Assembly (NCBI GenBank): GCA_977862235.1
Contig: OZ374559.1
Coordinates: forward strand, 3,100,001 to 3,136,001
Length of the DNA: 36,001 bases
Direction of reading: 5' to 3'
Source: Dudresnaya verticillata
Lineage: Eukaryota
Shown: positions 20,553 through 32,424 of the stretch, piece by piece
How the letters are laid out: every line of letters starts with the position of its first letter
How positions within the stretch are numbered: the first letter of the stretch is position 1
Program-made: the position numbers and the translations under genes
Notes under the pieces: generated by a model
Told to the model about the DNA's origin: nothing
What the model saw: only the letters and a program-made list of their open reading frames with translations
Database searches by the model: none

Positions 20553-21742
20553 AGAACATCAACCCGGAAGGACGGTTGGTGTTGAACCTCCATGACATGC
20601 TGACGGCTCTAGAGGCAACCCCAGAGCGGTTGTTGAAGATTGTAGAGTTTCTTTCGAAGCTCCAGAATGAAAAGCGTCTGTTTGCGCTAGTATTTGAAGA
20701 CCCCAGCGGGGATGTTATACAGGACGAGATGGTCTCGTACATGCGGGCGGTGTGCGGGATTCCGGATGCATGCAGCTCGAATGACGGCAATCTGCTGGCG
20801 CCCATCCACGAGCAGTGCGAGTTGCAGGCCACAAACACGCTAGAGTGTTTGGCAGCAGGGTGCGACGGGATGTGGAGCTGCCTGTGCGTCGAGAGTGCGG
20901 CGATGGGGCACGCGTGCTCGACGATGGTGTTGATGAACTATGTACGGCTGGGGAATAAGAAGGTGCTGTCCAAGTACCGGTGCAAGCGGTTTCGGAAGGC
21001 GGTAATCAAGGTTACGTGGCTGACGACGATGAAGGACGCGGAACCCAAGCACGGAGAACGAGCGCTGGGCCTTGTGTTTGACTCGAGGGCGATGGCGGGG
21101 CCGGGTTCAACATGGCAGAGTTTTTCGGGGGAGCGCGAGCGCGAGACGAACCGGACGACGACGCTGGAGTCGCCAAACATGGTCATGAACAGGCTCAAGT
21201 ACTTGTTTGGTGACGACGTGCAGTTTACGAAGGCAATGGCGCAGAAGATGCTGGCGTATCTTGACCTGAACGTGGGACGGAAGGAGCGACAAATGAGGAG
21301 GAGTACCAGAGCGCGATGGGACTGGCGGTGTTTTTCGACCTGCGCAGGTGCAGATGACGGGGATGATGAGCGAAGCGATTGCTCGCGTGCAGGTGCAGGA
21401 CGCTTACCACCAGCGGGTAAGTGTGGATGTCCGGCAGATGTGGGACTTTTGGGACTCGAAGGAGACTCTGAATCAGGACGGGGCGCTTGACTTTGAGTCA
21501 TTCTACCACGGGTTTCTCGCGCCGTACTTTGGGTGCTACCTGTGCACGGACACCAAGAAGGCGCTGGCCGAGATAGACATGGACAAGGATGGGGTTGTGG
21601 ACTGGGAGGAGTTTCTTGTGTACGTCAAGTGGGCTCTTGCACAATGCCTCGAGACGAGCGACGCGGACACGGCGATTGAGATCGGGTTGTAGAAGGGGTT
21701 GGTCTCGGGGATGAGGGACGTTAAGGTGGATAACCCGGAGAT
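20553..21742 (+). pseudogene. DRE-TIM + EF-hand pseudogene, copy C
   Basis: LVFEDPSGD..APIHEQCELQATNTLECLAAGCDG..GHACST and LAEIDMDKDGVVDWEEF. Shares frameshifts and the terminal TAG with copy A. Confidence 0.6.
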
Positions 21743-21802
21743 ACACGCTGCATTTTACCAAAGTGTCCAGCTCTATTATCCCTTAATGCCGCAACTTGTG
21801 AC

Positions 21803-22301
21803 TTCCAACGCATCCCGTAGCGGGTAGGCAACGGATCTCTTTTCCGCCCCTGCGTGGCTGATAAATATATCGTACGGCGTTACTGAGTCCTGTAGTTCAA
21901 AAGCGTAGTGGCCTGATCCCTGAGATACCCACTCAAGAATATGCGGCACCAGTTGTCCATACTTCCGCATTTCCCTTCGGCCTCATCGCGTGCCTGACAT
22001 TCTTCAGTCAACACCCATGCCCGAGGTATTGACTGTAACACGCTTTTGGAGCGGCCGCGACCACGTTGGATGTTCGAAGGACAATCGGTAACTAGAAAAT
22101 GATTCCGAGCTGCGCTGCTTCCGTGCGGAGGTCTTTTCAAAACATCTTGCAGAGCTTTCAGATATTGTTGACCCACCTTCGTCGCTGAGACGGCAACAAT
22201 CGCACCTGATCGTCCACACAATCCATCAAAGGCCATAATTATGGTTGGATCTGGGAACACGTCCTTGTCACTAGAGAATCAGGCAAGTCTGGCAGAATGG
22301 C
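21803..22301 (-). pseudogene. Internally deleted Roc-COR-TIR relic, second copy
   Basis: Same deletion junctions as 2642-3140; reads YDIFISHAGAEKRSVAYPLRDALE. Confidence 0.9.
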
Positions 22302-22540
22302 GCTTAGAATAGTAAAGGGGCATCGACACATCGGAACGGAAGTCTACTGTGTGTTTCTTCCAGCAGGTCGGTCAAGAATTATTCTACGGGAGCAACTAAG
22401 TGCTGCTACCGCACAGGACAGAAGGACAAAACCGGTATATTACATACTGTGGCATTTGTAGCTAATGCTGGCATTCGTGCTGTATTACTCCAATGGCGTA
22501 CGTAGCTATCAATTCATCAAGTTACAAAACAACACAAAAA

Positions 22541-23341
22541 CCGGGCTCTAGGGCAATGGCTGCAAGCAATAACATTGCAAATTTTTGTTGCACCAATACG
22601 CTCCCCTTCGGCAATCTATATTGCTATATAGCCGCCATCATGCCCCAGTAACATCTGCAGAATATGCTTACGTCGTGCAATAAGTTTGCAATAGACTTAG
22701 ATAGTGCGAAGGAAGCATGGGGATCCATGTTAACGTTTGTGTAATGCGATGTCAAAACTGTTCATTCATTTTGAGGAATGTAATAGCTTCAAAAACTTGG
22801 TGGTCATCGCCTTGCGATTGTCGGTTATCACGTGCTCCGCAATGCTCCTGAGCCGGTCAACCTCGGTAACGGATCCAAGAATAAAGTTGCAGTTGATAAA
22901 GGCATCTAGTTTCCAGGGTACCTTTCGCTTCTTGGCTAAATGCTGAATGATCGATGACTTGTAAATTATAAATCATGGTGCATCATCGACGACGATGCTC
23001 CTGTTGGCGAGAAAGCAGACCTGGCAACTTGTTAGTGATAAAGTAGCAATGATTTGGTACGATGCAATTTACAGCATGGGGCTAGAAAACGCTATATTCT
23101 CGGGATCAAACTCTACAGATGCCGCTCCCCGCAAAACCGAACATATGCTTATCGTATACTGCATTTAGCAGCAGGCCTTCTAAATTACTACTTAACCCAA
23201 TAGGTATTACAATATACATTGTCACTGCCATAAGAATTGCAATTTGTTATCATATCAGCAACTCAATATGCCATTGCTATTGTATATTGCAATATATTGC
23301 TACTGCTATTAATTGCACGACAGCCCTGGTCACCAGCCCTG
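22541..23341 (-). mobile_element. hAT relic, second copy (duplicated with its flanks)
   Basis: Minus strand FILGSVTEVDRLRSIAEHVITDNRKAMT/../FEAITFLKMNEQF. Same termini as 3380-4185. Confidence 0.65.
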
Positions 23342-23526
23342 ACGCGACGCTTCTGCAACTTTCTGCGCTTCTTTTCCTCTTCTTGCCCTCTTTCTACCCT
23401 TCTTTTCTGTCCTTTCTGTCCGTTTTCTGCAGCCCATCCGACGGTATTAACCTTTTATCCTGTCCTGCAAGACAGCCATGGCAGGGATCAAACAGATAGA
23501 TACTTTTCTGTCACTTCATGTGCTCA

Positions 23527-24644
23527 TTACGACGGCGCCAGAAAACTATTACACCGGCACTTTAATCACTCAACCCTGTTCGTATTCGAAGCAACTGTGA
23601 ACAATGTCGTGGCAGAGCTGTGCGACTCTCATGCATGCGATTTTAGACAAGTCTCCGAAGGGAGGTCCGTCGAACATCGTCGGTATATCTGCCCTTTTCG
23701 GTCTAACAACATCTCGAACACAAATGGGAATTGGCTTCGGTGCTGAAATGGACCGCGACCAGAGAATAGCTTTATCATCGTGTCTAGACTCCTTCGTGAA
23801 GGAAACCATGGGCGAATATATTATGTACCCATTGCACCGATACTCCTGAAAGGTTGGAGAGAGGAACACGTGCTTGAGAACGAACAAAGTATTCAAAATA
23901 TTTGTCAAGACTTGTTGACAGACTTTATCCGGACAAGACTGGCGGAGACGAAACAAAAAACAGAGCCTCACTCTTCAGATCTCTTGTACTCGATCATAGT
24001 CATCAGCAAGGGAGACATGACGTTGGACACCTCCCTGGTTGTCGAATTTGCTCTCTCCAGATACGTTTCAACCAACCAGGCCTTATCCTAGGCTGTTTAC
24101 GAGACTTGCAGAAACTCTAATGTTGAATACTTGACAGGGACTCAAGTTTCTACCCGCTTTAGGGACCGGCTGTTTAACCGCCCTTTATCTAGACGGAACG
24201 TTTGAGAGCCTCCGTATCTGAACAGGGTATGTAACTGCAACAATCATGCAGTCCGCAAGACCGGTATTATTACGCAATGGCGGAACCAAGATCCCAGAGG
24301 GGGCATTGGTGATGAGTCTTCGAAGCTGGGCACACCTGGACCCCAAAATATGGCGCGGTCCGTTGGGGTTTGATCCGGAAGGGTGGGTCTGCAGAACTTC
24401 TCGTAGAGAGGGTGACAAAGTCCGGCCTGGAACTTATGTTCCGTTTGGTAGTAGGTCTCGTGCTTGCGCCGGTAGGTTTCTTTCCGAGTACGACTACGCT
24501 CTCATCCTCGCCGAATTGCACCGTAGTTTTAATTTCATGCTAGCTTCCGAGAAGAGCGAAGGAGTGGGAGAGACGGCTTTTGTCGAGGTTGCCAAATCAC
24601 CCTCTGTGAAGGGAGGGGGAACTAAGCAGCTGTGTTCATGTTAG
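23527..24644 (+). pseudogene. Cytochrome P450 pseudogene, copy 2
   Basis: KIPEGALV..AHLDPKIW..FDPEGW..YVPFGSRSRACAGRFL. The upstream part is fragmented by stops and frameshifts. Confidence 0.82.
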
Positions 24645-25501
24645 AATAGAGGGGCGATAGCACATCAGATTGTTTTGTGGTGATGTTGTATTTATTTGTT
24701 GTTTAAGGTGATCCAGCGCGGGCAACTTGGGCCCCTATGCCGGAAGTACACGTCACTTTACGAAAGCATGAAGCTGCCGGCGCACCGCTAACGAGGTCCT
24801 TACTGGGGTCCTGGCGACAGTACTGTAGCAGGGAGAGAGGATCTATTGTGGGTTCCCGCCAGTATGGGAGGTGGGAAAGTCACGTGCACAAAGGGTCCTG
24901 ATTGCACAAATTGCACACGAGATGGCTACAAGGGTCTGCGGGGAGGGGTGTGGCTTGGAGAGGTCGTGGAGTGCGCGGGAACGTTTGCGCACTAAATCGC
25001 GGGCGGAAAGGAAGCGTGGCGGGATGGGAAATGTTCCCAGGTGCCAACGGTTTGTGGTGTGTCAAGTTTCTCTGGAAGATAGCGAATATTGTTATACAGG
25101 CGATTGAGCTGAACCAAGGGCATAGTCAGCGCCTGAGAAGGTGACGGGTAATGACAAAAAAGCTAAACAAGCGCGTTGGACTTCTGCCAGAACACAATAC
25201 AGGAAACGCTACTTCTCTACGGAGCGAGAGAGAGACCTTTCTCTACTGCGTTAGAATACTTGTGAATATTTGTCATGTCGTTTCTGTGCTTGTTTCAGGA
25301 TGGGTAGTATTGATGAGAGCTCATCATCTCTAAAGAGACAAGTGCCACAGGAGGTGAAAGTACAACGTACCTTGTGGGTGTAGAAAAGATGTTTAAGACA
25401 AGAGCCCAACTTTTGTGCTGTATACTAAGTGTTGTGAATCGCAACTACTATTTTTGATAACCACAACTCGTATCAAATGAATCGCAACTACTATTTTTGA
25501 T

Positions 25502-27580
25502 CCCTCATGGAGCCGAATCTATTATTCACGCCATACGTTCTTTCGTGGAGTCTAATACTGAGCAAGACTATGTCCTTCTTAGGCTTGATGCCACCAACGC
25601 TTTTAACTGTGTTGAGCGTTCTATTATTCTCAGTGAAGTTATCAAAAGAGCTCCTGGCATTGCAAAGTTTGTGCATTTCCTTTTCTCGACTGAACCCGTT
25701 CTTCTATTTGGTCAGTTTTAGTTGTTCAGTCGGACAGGTACACAGCAGGGTGATCCCTTGAGCATGCTACTTTTTGCTCTTGCGATTCATCCCCTGCTCA
25801 TCAACATGCTCTCTACGTTCGCCTCCATCAAACTTCTTGCTGCATATGCTGATGACATTCATGTTGCTGTTCCGCGTTCTATTGCTTTCGATGTTATCCA
25901 GTTTCTAAAGACCCAAGGCCCCAAAATTGGTTTCAATCTGCACATAGCAATAGGGAAAACAGAAGCTTGGTGGCCTTCTTTATCGTCCCGTCGTGTTTCT
26001 CGTTCCCACTCCCTAGATTGTCCTATCAACAATCATTCTTTTATCACAGTTCTGTGCGCCCCTATTGGCAGTACTGAGGGCTGTTTACAACATCTAAGAA
26101 CTAAGCATGAGCCCATCAAATATTTCTGGGCCCAACTGAAGCAGCTTAATGATCCTCAACTCGTTTTTCATTTATTACGGTACTGTGCTGGAACTTCCAA
26201 GCTTTCATACCTACTGCGATGCACTACCCCGCAACTAACCCAAGCCATTTCATTGACACATGACTGTGGCATGCCTGGAGTGTTTGAACACACACACTTT
26301 CCACTGTCGGATGAATCCTGGGATATGGTTTCGCTTCCCATGCGACACGGTGGACTAGGTCTTACAAATGCCCGTCACATTGCCCACTGCAGCTATATCA
26401 CCTCCGTCCTGTCCTTTCACGCCTGGATTCGATGCCTGGTACCTTTTGATTCTCCTACTTTGCACCATTTCCTCGCCCCGTCTCTTCATAACATTCGCGA
26501 ACAGCAACTACTCCGTGAAGATCGTGAAAAATGCAGTGTTTCTTCTATCTTGTCGACCGCACCTTCCATAGGCCATGGTGTCGTTCCCGCATTGTCCCAA
26601 GATCTTCTTCCCTATATTCAACGAAAATTGCGACACGACCTCATGTCCCAGATGACTACTCAGCATAGTTCTCGTGCCCGAGTACGGATTCAATCTACCT
26701 CTACTGTCAACTCTAGCCGCCCTTTCAGTGCCCTCCCATATGCATCTTCTTCTACCCGCGTGCAACCCGACATATGGCTCACCATGCTCAAACTCAGACT
26801 GGGTGTGGCGATCTTCCGTGGTGATCGCCCTTGTCCTGCTTGTCTCCATGTCACATCCGCTGAAGTTCCACTCCTTGATATCTTTGGACACCATGCCACA
26901 ATCTGTCGATCGGGAACTGGCAGCATTCGCCGCCATGATACCCTCCAAAATCAACTTGGGGCTTTCTTTCGTAATACTGCTCGGAACCATGGCGTTACTG
27001 TTCAGCTTGAACGCAACTTTTCCTACCTAGAGGAGACTGGGGATTCCCGAGTTATGGCGTCTTCTCCACGCACTGCTTCAGAAAGGCGTCGCGATGCCCG
27101 TCAATTACAACGTACTGAAGACCGTTTCGAAGAAGACCGACGTGACCATCTTCGTATGGATCTCTATATTGATGACCCTGCGTTTGCTCCCCTCCCGCAA
27201 GCATTTGACGTCTCAGTGGTGACCCCACACCATCCAACGACACTGTCCAAAACGCCTCGCTCTCAACATCAAGCTATTCACCGCCGCGAGCAAGCTAAAG
27301 CCCGTCATTATCGTCGCTTATGTTCTACCAACCGGATAGAACTCCATCCTATGGTGATGGACATCTATGGTGCCATTGGTTCTGGGTTCGATCGAGGCGC
27401 TCAGCGCGTGGCGAATTTCTTAGCTGCTATGAAGGGCACTTCGCCGATATCTGAGAAACTATCTCTTCTCACCCACCTCACCTCTCTTGTACTTCAATCT
27501 GTCGCGGTGGCTGTTAACCGCCGTTTACTCTTCGACCGTCGCCTTTCAGATGAGTTGTAGATAAGCCCCCTTACGGGGCT
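25502..27580 (+). mobile_element. 5'-truncated non-LTR retrotransposon with RT, Zn knuckle and restriction-like endonuclease (CRE/SLACS-like)
   Basis: LDATNAFN, GTQQGDPLS, AYADD, LPMRHGGLGL, CPAC..GHHATIC, RRHD, RMDL..FDVSV..EQAK..Y. One in-frame TAG at 25719-25721; stop at 27560; 3' hairpin 27564-27580. True 3' end not located. Confidence 0.85.
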
Positions 27581-28459
27581 GTAGTCTTTCCTATGCATAA
27601 AGGTCTCCATCTCTTTATCCTTTTCTCACTCAAAGGAGCCTCCGCTCTCATATCCCTATTTTAGGCTTTTGCTCATCTCCGACAGGATTTTTCGCATCTA
27701 GAAGTTTGTAGATACAAGTAGTATCAGAGATGTTTTTTCTTTAGCCGAGACTTGTTAGAAAGCAAGATGACCGTCTAAGCAACACATTGTCCGCTACGGC
27801 TGTTAGAGAAGGAGGTCGTGCTGAAAATGAATCAAGTCATCACATGAGTAGGGGCAGATGCCAAAAAAGACGCTGTACTGTATCGTTAGCATTTACTATT
27901 AGCATTCAGCGATATCAACTGCACTTGATCTACAAATCGACAACGTAGGTTTCGTAGAGAATCAGCGGGTTGAGAGTACAAAAAGGGCGGAAGCTGGGTG
28001 ATCCAGTGAAAGAAAAAGCCATCTGTATCGAAGAACGAAGTGGTCCGCGAGCCAACTGTGGTACACCAACTCGCAAGAAGCCAAAGAATGTAGAAGAACC
28101 GGTACTACGGACTAGTCTTTTTGGATACGCTTCGGGAATACTGATTCCGTAATCAGTTGATCACCTCTAGAGAACTTCTCAACACTTGCAGCAGTGCTGC
28201 TTTGCATTTGTGGCTGAACGAATGCTTATCATTCAGCGCATAGGCAATATCTTAGAGCAAGTTAATCCATTGTGATAAATTGTATTTCTGAAAACTTTAC
28301 GGAGCAGCTTTGAGAATGTCCGGCACAGCTTTGCTTGCGCTAAGCGTCATTTTGCTCAACGGAAGCTTTAAATGGGGGGAGGATAGAGCTATGATAAGCT
28401 GCAGCTATACGAAAGATATGAGGCGGTGTTATCTCATGGTGGCGACGCGCCGATGCAAG

Positions 28460-28876
28460 AAGACGGCTGGACAATAGCTACTGTAGCGATTAACTGTTGC
28501 ACATGTTCCCTTTATGTACGGACCGTGGGCGACGCAACGCCTTGCAGCGCAGAAGTCAGAAGGGGGGTCGTGCAGGGATCTCCGCTAAGCCCAGTTTTGT
28601 TTAATTTGTTCATTGACCCTCTAGCGTACGCATTATGTGAGCGGCTGAACCGACCTGCGTCAAACCCGCCGGGCCGCCTGTTCGCAGATGATTGCCTCCT
28701 CCATGGATCATCACCTGCATTTATTCATACAGCACTCCAGGTCGGCGAAGAGTGGGCCCGAAATACAGGCATGTGTTGGTCCGTCAAGAAATATGCCATC
28801 CTCATGCCGGCCCGGCGCCGCACACGCCCTAACAACTGCACATTCACCCTAAACAATGAGAGAATAGTGCATCAAC
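28460..28876 (+). mobile_element. Fragment of a second LINE reverse transcriptase, cut by the LTR element
   Basis: VRTVGD..RGVVQGSPLSPVLFNLFIDPL..LFADD..W...TGMCWSVKK..IL..FTLNNERI. Homology stops where the LTR starts (28877). Confidence 0.85.
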
Positions 28877-29332
28877 TGTGGCAAACTCCGGTTCTTGAGC
28901 TGTCGGACCCTGGTAACGCGGTTAAAGGATTTGGCTGGGGCTCGATAGTGGCAAGGTCGCTTCCCTCTCCCCTCTCGGAGCTTACCGTCTGGTCGGGTCG
29001 CGCTGCCTTTACTACAGACAGTCAGTACAATACAGTACTTTGATAATCGGTTAGCGGATGCGTAGCCTACTGTATGCACCAGACTGTACGCATATGCGCA
29101 TGGACACTCCGCATACGCCAGACAACAGTCCGACTAACACGAAACGGTACTGCATCCGGAAGCACAGTCAGGTCTATCCATGGTGTAATGGCGGCGGATG
29201 CGGCAAAGGTAAGGCGGCGGATGCAGGTGAAGGTAATGGTGTCGGATACCGTTCTCCATTCCTTCACCAAACAGCACGCCAAACGTCGCTCGCTCTAGCC
29301 GTCCAAAACTATCATCGCGGCAGGGTTCTACA
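28877..29332 (-). repeat. 3' LTR (~456 bp, TGT...ACA)
   Basis: Left edge is fixed by the repeat at 34203 and by LINE interruption. Right edge is inferred from minus-strand GGGGAAC|TGTAG (short PPT-like tract) 38 bp after the pol stop. Confidence 0.65.
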
Positions 29333-29370
29333 GTTCCCCATGACCTGTACGCCTAATGGCGATATGGAGG

Positions 29371-32300
29371 TCAGTTGCTTGAGAAGGAACACTGCGCTAG
29401 AGCCTTCTGCTTCAGATCCTTATTCCTAGGGGTTCTGAGAAATTCAGTAACCATAGTTGGGAGATCCTGACTGATTGTGTGCAAAGGTTCCCAGGTAAGG
29501 TCCAACTTGTCCGGTAGGCCTTCCCATTCCACTTCTATTTCTAGTTCCCCATCGCGTTCGCGAATTCGACGTAAGGCCTGAGCGTCTTGGTACGACGTCT
29601 CAGTGTGTTCAGCCGCACGAATCAAGTCTGGGTGAACTTCAGTACCATCGATACTGGCTCTATACAACAAAAGCCTCTTGGCATGTACCACTTCAGTGTT
29701 CTGTTGAATAAGGTCCCGTACAACGAAGACCAAATTGGACTTGACTTCAACGACTCTGCGCGGACCAGTCCATTTGAAACTGAGCTTGGGCCGCTTGGTA
29801 ACAGCTTTCCGGACTAGAACAAAGTCACCCACAGAAAAGTTAACGGGTTGTACATTTGTGCGTCGATTGTGGGCGTCAATTTGACGCTTTCGAGACAGGA
29901 CCGAGAGGTCGTGAACTTCTTTGTGCACGTCGTGCAAGGCGGTCTGAATAGAATCCACCTGAATAAGTTGTCTTGCGTGTAGCTCAGTAGCAGTACGAGC
30001 TGCTTTGTACTTTGTGACGGGCAGAGCACGTAACAGTGGACGAGATGGCCGTTGTCCAGTGAAAACTTCTAAAGGCGTACGATAAACACCCGGTACATTT
30101 TTGTCTCGCAGACCGAGACGCCTTAGAGGGGCGCTATTCAACACCCCTTGAATCGACTCAACTACTGCCGGCCAATCTTTTGGGGCAAGTTTCCATTCAC
30201 TACACAATGCTCTGCACGCGCGCAGGACTTCTCGGCACAGGCGCTCTATTGTACCATTTGCCCACGGCGAGTAGGCAGTAGTAAAATGATGCCGTACCCG
30301 CAATTCGTTCGTGAGCTCCTGCATTAGGTTGTTCACAAAATGACTGCCTTGGTCCGATACGAGCCATTCGTTGCAGCCAAACGCTGCTACCCACGAAAGA
30401 ACGGACTCAGCTGCCGCATCGCTAGTAGCCGCGGGAACTGGGAACAGCCAGGAATACGATGACAAGTCATCCTTGATAAGGAGGACATACTTCAGATTGT
30501 CAACCCCAGCGCCCATATACAAGAAGTCCATGTGGAGGACTTCATTGGGCCGTTCAGCATGAAGAGCGTGGGCGAGTGGACGAGGCACAATCTCGCCTGA
30601 CCTGCTAATGATGCAATGCAGGCATTCTTTGACAAGTTGCGATACGTCCTTCTCCAGATTGTCCCATATGAACATCTCCTTTACGATGCTATTTGTGCCA
30701 TCAATTCCCCGATGACCAATCGAGCCGCAGTGAGACGTCACAAGAATTTTTAGCTGCAGTTCAAGAGACCCACTGGGGATCCACACAAGATTTCCCTTCT
30801 TCCATAACTTATCTGCCTTATCGAAGACCAGTCCAGTCTTGTTATCCTTGGAATTGCTCTGTTCCTTGCGAACCAATGAAAGGTCTGGCCATTCAAAGGA
30901 GTCGGCAGAGGGAATAATCTGCCGTGCAGACTCCAACAAAAGGCTACAGATGGTTTTCGCGGACGTCCTGGGGGGACGGTGCCCGCGTGTCCAACGCGTC
31001 AATATGTCTGCAAAGACGTTTGAGTTGCCTCGCACATGCTCTATTACGTATGGAAACCGTGACAGAAACAATGCCCAGCGCTGTACCTTGGCTACAATAT
31101 GCCGCCCTAGCGTTGGCTCTATTGCCAAGGGGGCAAATACAAAGACAAGATTGCGATGATCAGTGTAGATATGGATCTGCGATCCCCCCTCGAAGAGGTA
31201 GTCCAGTTTTGCAAACGTCTTGAATATTGCAAAACCTTCTTTCTCAAAGGTGCTCCACCCCAACTGTGATCCTTTGAATGCAGAGCCGATAAAAGCCAGT
31301 GGTTCATGTTTTTGTGTCTCGAGAGCGTGTTCCAGCTGGTCAGCACGCGTTTGAGTCACCACGCCAGACCAGTGCTGGTCCGAAGCGTCCGTAAAGACGC
31401 AGATGGCGTAATCTGGCTTGGGATACGAAAGCTTGACAGCGTTGTGCAGCGTGTCTTGCAAATCCCGAAAGGAGGTGATGTGGAGAGGGCCCCAAGAGAG
31501 GGTGCTCAACGAAATGTTTTTGATGGAACGTTTGGTGCGACGTCCGGAGCGGGCATAAGCTGCCTCGAGAATGGAGGTCAGGGGAGCGACGCGACGGGCA
31601 AAGTCAGGAATACAGGAAGACATCCATCTGCAACAGTAGAGGAATTCAGCGAGTTCAGATGCGGTAGTCGGCGGGACCATGGACTGCAGTGCAGAAATTC
31701 GGGACGGGTCCAAGCGGTAGCCGGACGCATCGATGAGGCGGCCGCACCACCTTATTTCCGTAGCAAAGAACCGACTCTTCACGGCAGAGAGGGACAAATT
31801 AAACCGAACACAAATGCTGAAGAACTTCTCGAGGACCGCTAGGAGACGTGCCTCGCTCTCCGCATGAAGATTAAAATCGTCAAGCCAGGCCTTCATGTTG
31901 CCACGGAGCTCGCGGAACAATGGTTCGACGGTGCTTTGAAAATATGCCGCGGCGTTAGCGAGCCCAGGGAGAACACGCTTGGAAACAAGTACCTTTTTGG
32001 GAGTGACGATGCCACACAGGGTGTAACATGACGGATGGAGAGGTAGTTGCCAATACGCAGAGACAAAATCAACGACTGCAAAACAAGAGCTTCCAGCGAA
32101 GTCTGCGACTTCGGAATCGACATGTGGCATGGGCCATGATTCCTTAATGGTAGCCGAGTTAATGGGACGCAGATCAATAGCCATGCGGTGGGTTGATCTA
32201 GAGCCAGGCTTCGGCACGAGTAGAGGCGCCGCCTGCCACAATGCCGTGGGCATCTCTTCACAGAAGTCCATGGCAATTAGCCGGTCAGTGTACGCTTCCA

Positions 32301-32424
32301 GGAAGTCTCTCTGTTCTGGAGAATATCTTCGTGCCTTGACACGAATGGGACGTTTGCCTTCTTCAAGGCGTACCCTCATTGGCTCCACGTCGGCTGGTCG
32401 GGCTTTGCCCAGCCGGACGCGAAA
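29371..32424 (-). CDS. pol: Pol: reverse transcriptase, RNase H, integrase, chromodomain
   Basis: RT RMAIDLR..VDFVSAYWQ..WLDD. RNase H TDAS..EKE..TDHRNL..AD. IN H..H..CLHC, HMDF, SDQG, NGTIER, WTGP. Chromodomain EIEVEWEGL..LTWEP. The frame extends upstream of the called GTG (32388) to FRVRLG at the frameshift. Confidence 0.93.
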   Translation of the reverse strand, partial: FRVRLGKARPADVEPMRVRLEEGKRPIRVKARRYSPEQRDFLEAYTDRLIAMDFCEEMPTALWQAAPLLVPKPGSRSTHRMAIDLRPINSATIKESWPMPHVDSEVADFAGSSCFAVVDFVSAYWQLPLHPSCYTLCGIVTPKKVLVSKRVLPGLANAAAYFQSTVEPLFRELRGNMKAWLDDFNLHAESEARLLAVLEKFFSICVRFNLSLSAVKSRFFATEIRWCGRLIDASGYRLDPSRISALQSMVPPTTASELAEFLYCCRWMSSCIPDFARRVAPLTSILEAAYARSGRRTKRSIKNISLSTLSWGPLHITSFRDLQDTLHNAVKLSYPKPDYAICVFTDASDQHWSGVVTQTRADQLEHALETQKHEPLAFIGSAFKGSQLGWSTFEKEGFAIFKTFAKLDYLFEGGSQIHIYTDHRNLVFVFAPLAIEPTLGRHIVAKVQRWALFLSRFPYVIEHVRGNSNVFADILTRWTRGHRPPRTSAKTICSLLLESARQIIPSADSFEWPDLSLVRKEQSNSKDNKTGLVFDKADKLWKKGNLVWIPSGSLELQLKILVTSHCGSIGHRGIDGTNSIVKEMFIWDNLEKDVSQLVKECLHCIISRSGEIVPRPLAHALHAERPNEVLHMDFLYMGAGVDNLKYVLLIKDDLSSYSWLFPVPAATSDAAAESVLSWVAAFGCNEWLVSDQGSHFVNNLMQELTNELRVRHHFTTAYSPWANGTIERLCREVLRACRALCSEWKLAPKDWPAVVESIQGVLNSAPLRRLGLRDKNVPGVYRTPLEVFTGQRPSRPLLRALPVTKYKAARTATELHARQLIQVDSIQTALHDVHKEVHDLSVLSRKRQIDAHNRRTNVQPVNFSVGDFVLVRKAVTKRPKLSFKWTGPRRVVEVKSNLVFVVRDLIQQNTEVVHAKRLLLYRASIDGTEVHPDLIRAAEHTETSYQDAQALRRIRERDGELEIEVEWEGLPDKLDLTWEPLHTISQDLPTMVTEFLRTPRNKDLKQKALAQCSFSSN

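Noticed and set aside
28961..28977. Strong minus-strand purine tract GAGAGGGGAGAGGGAAG as the PPT
   Set aside because: It would give an LTR of only ~80 bp without a TGT..ACA end. The 29332 boundary fits better, though it is unconfirmed because the 5' LTR is lost.
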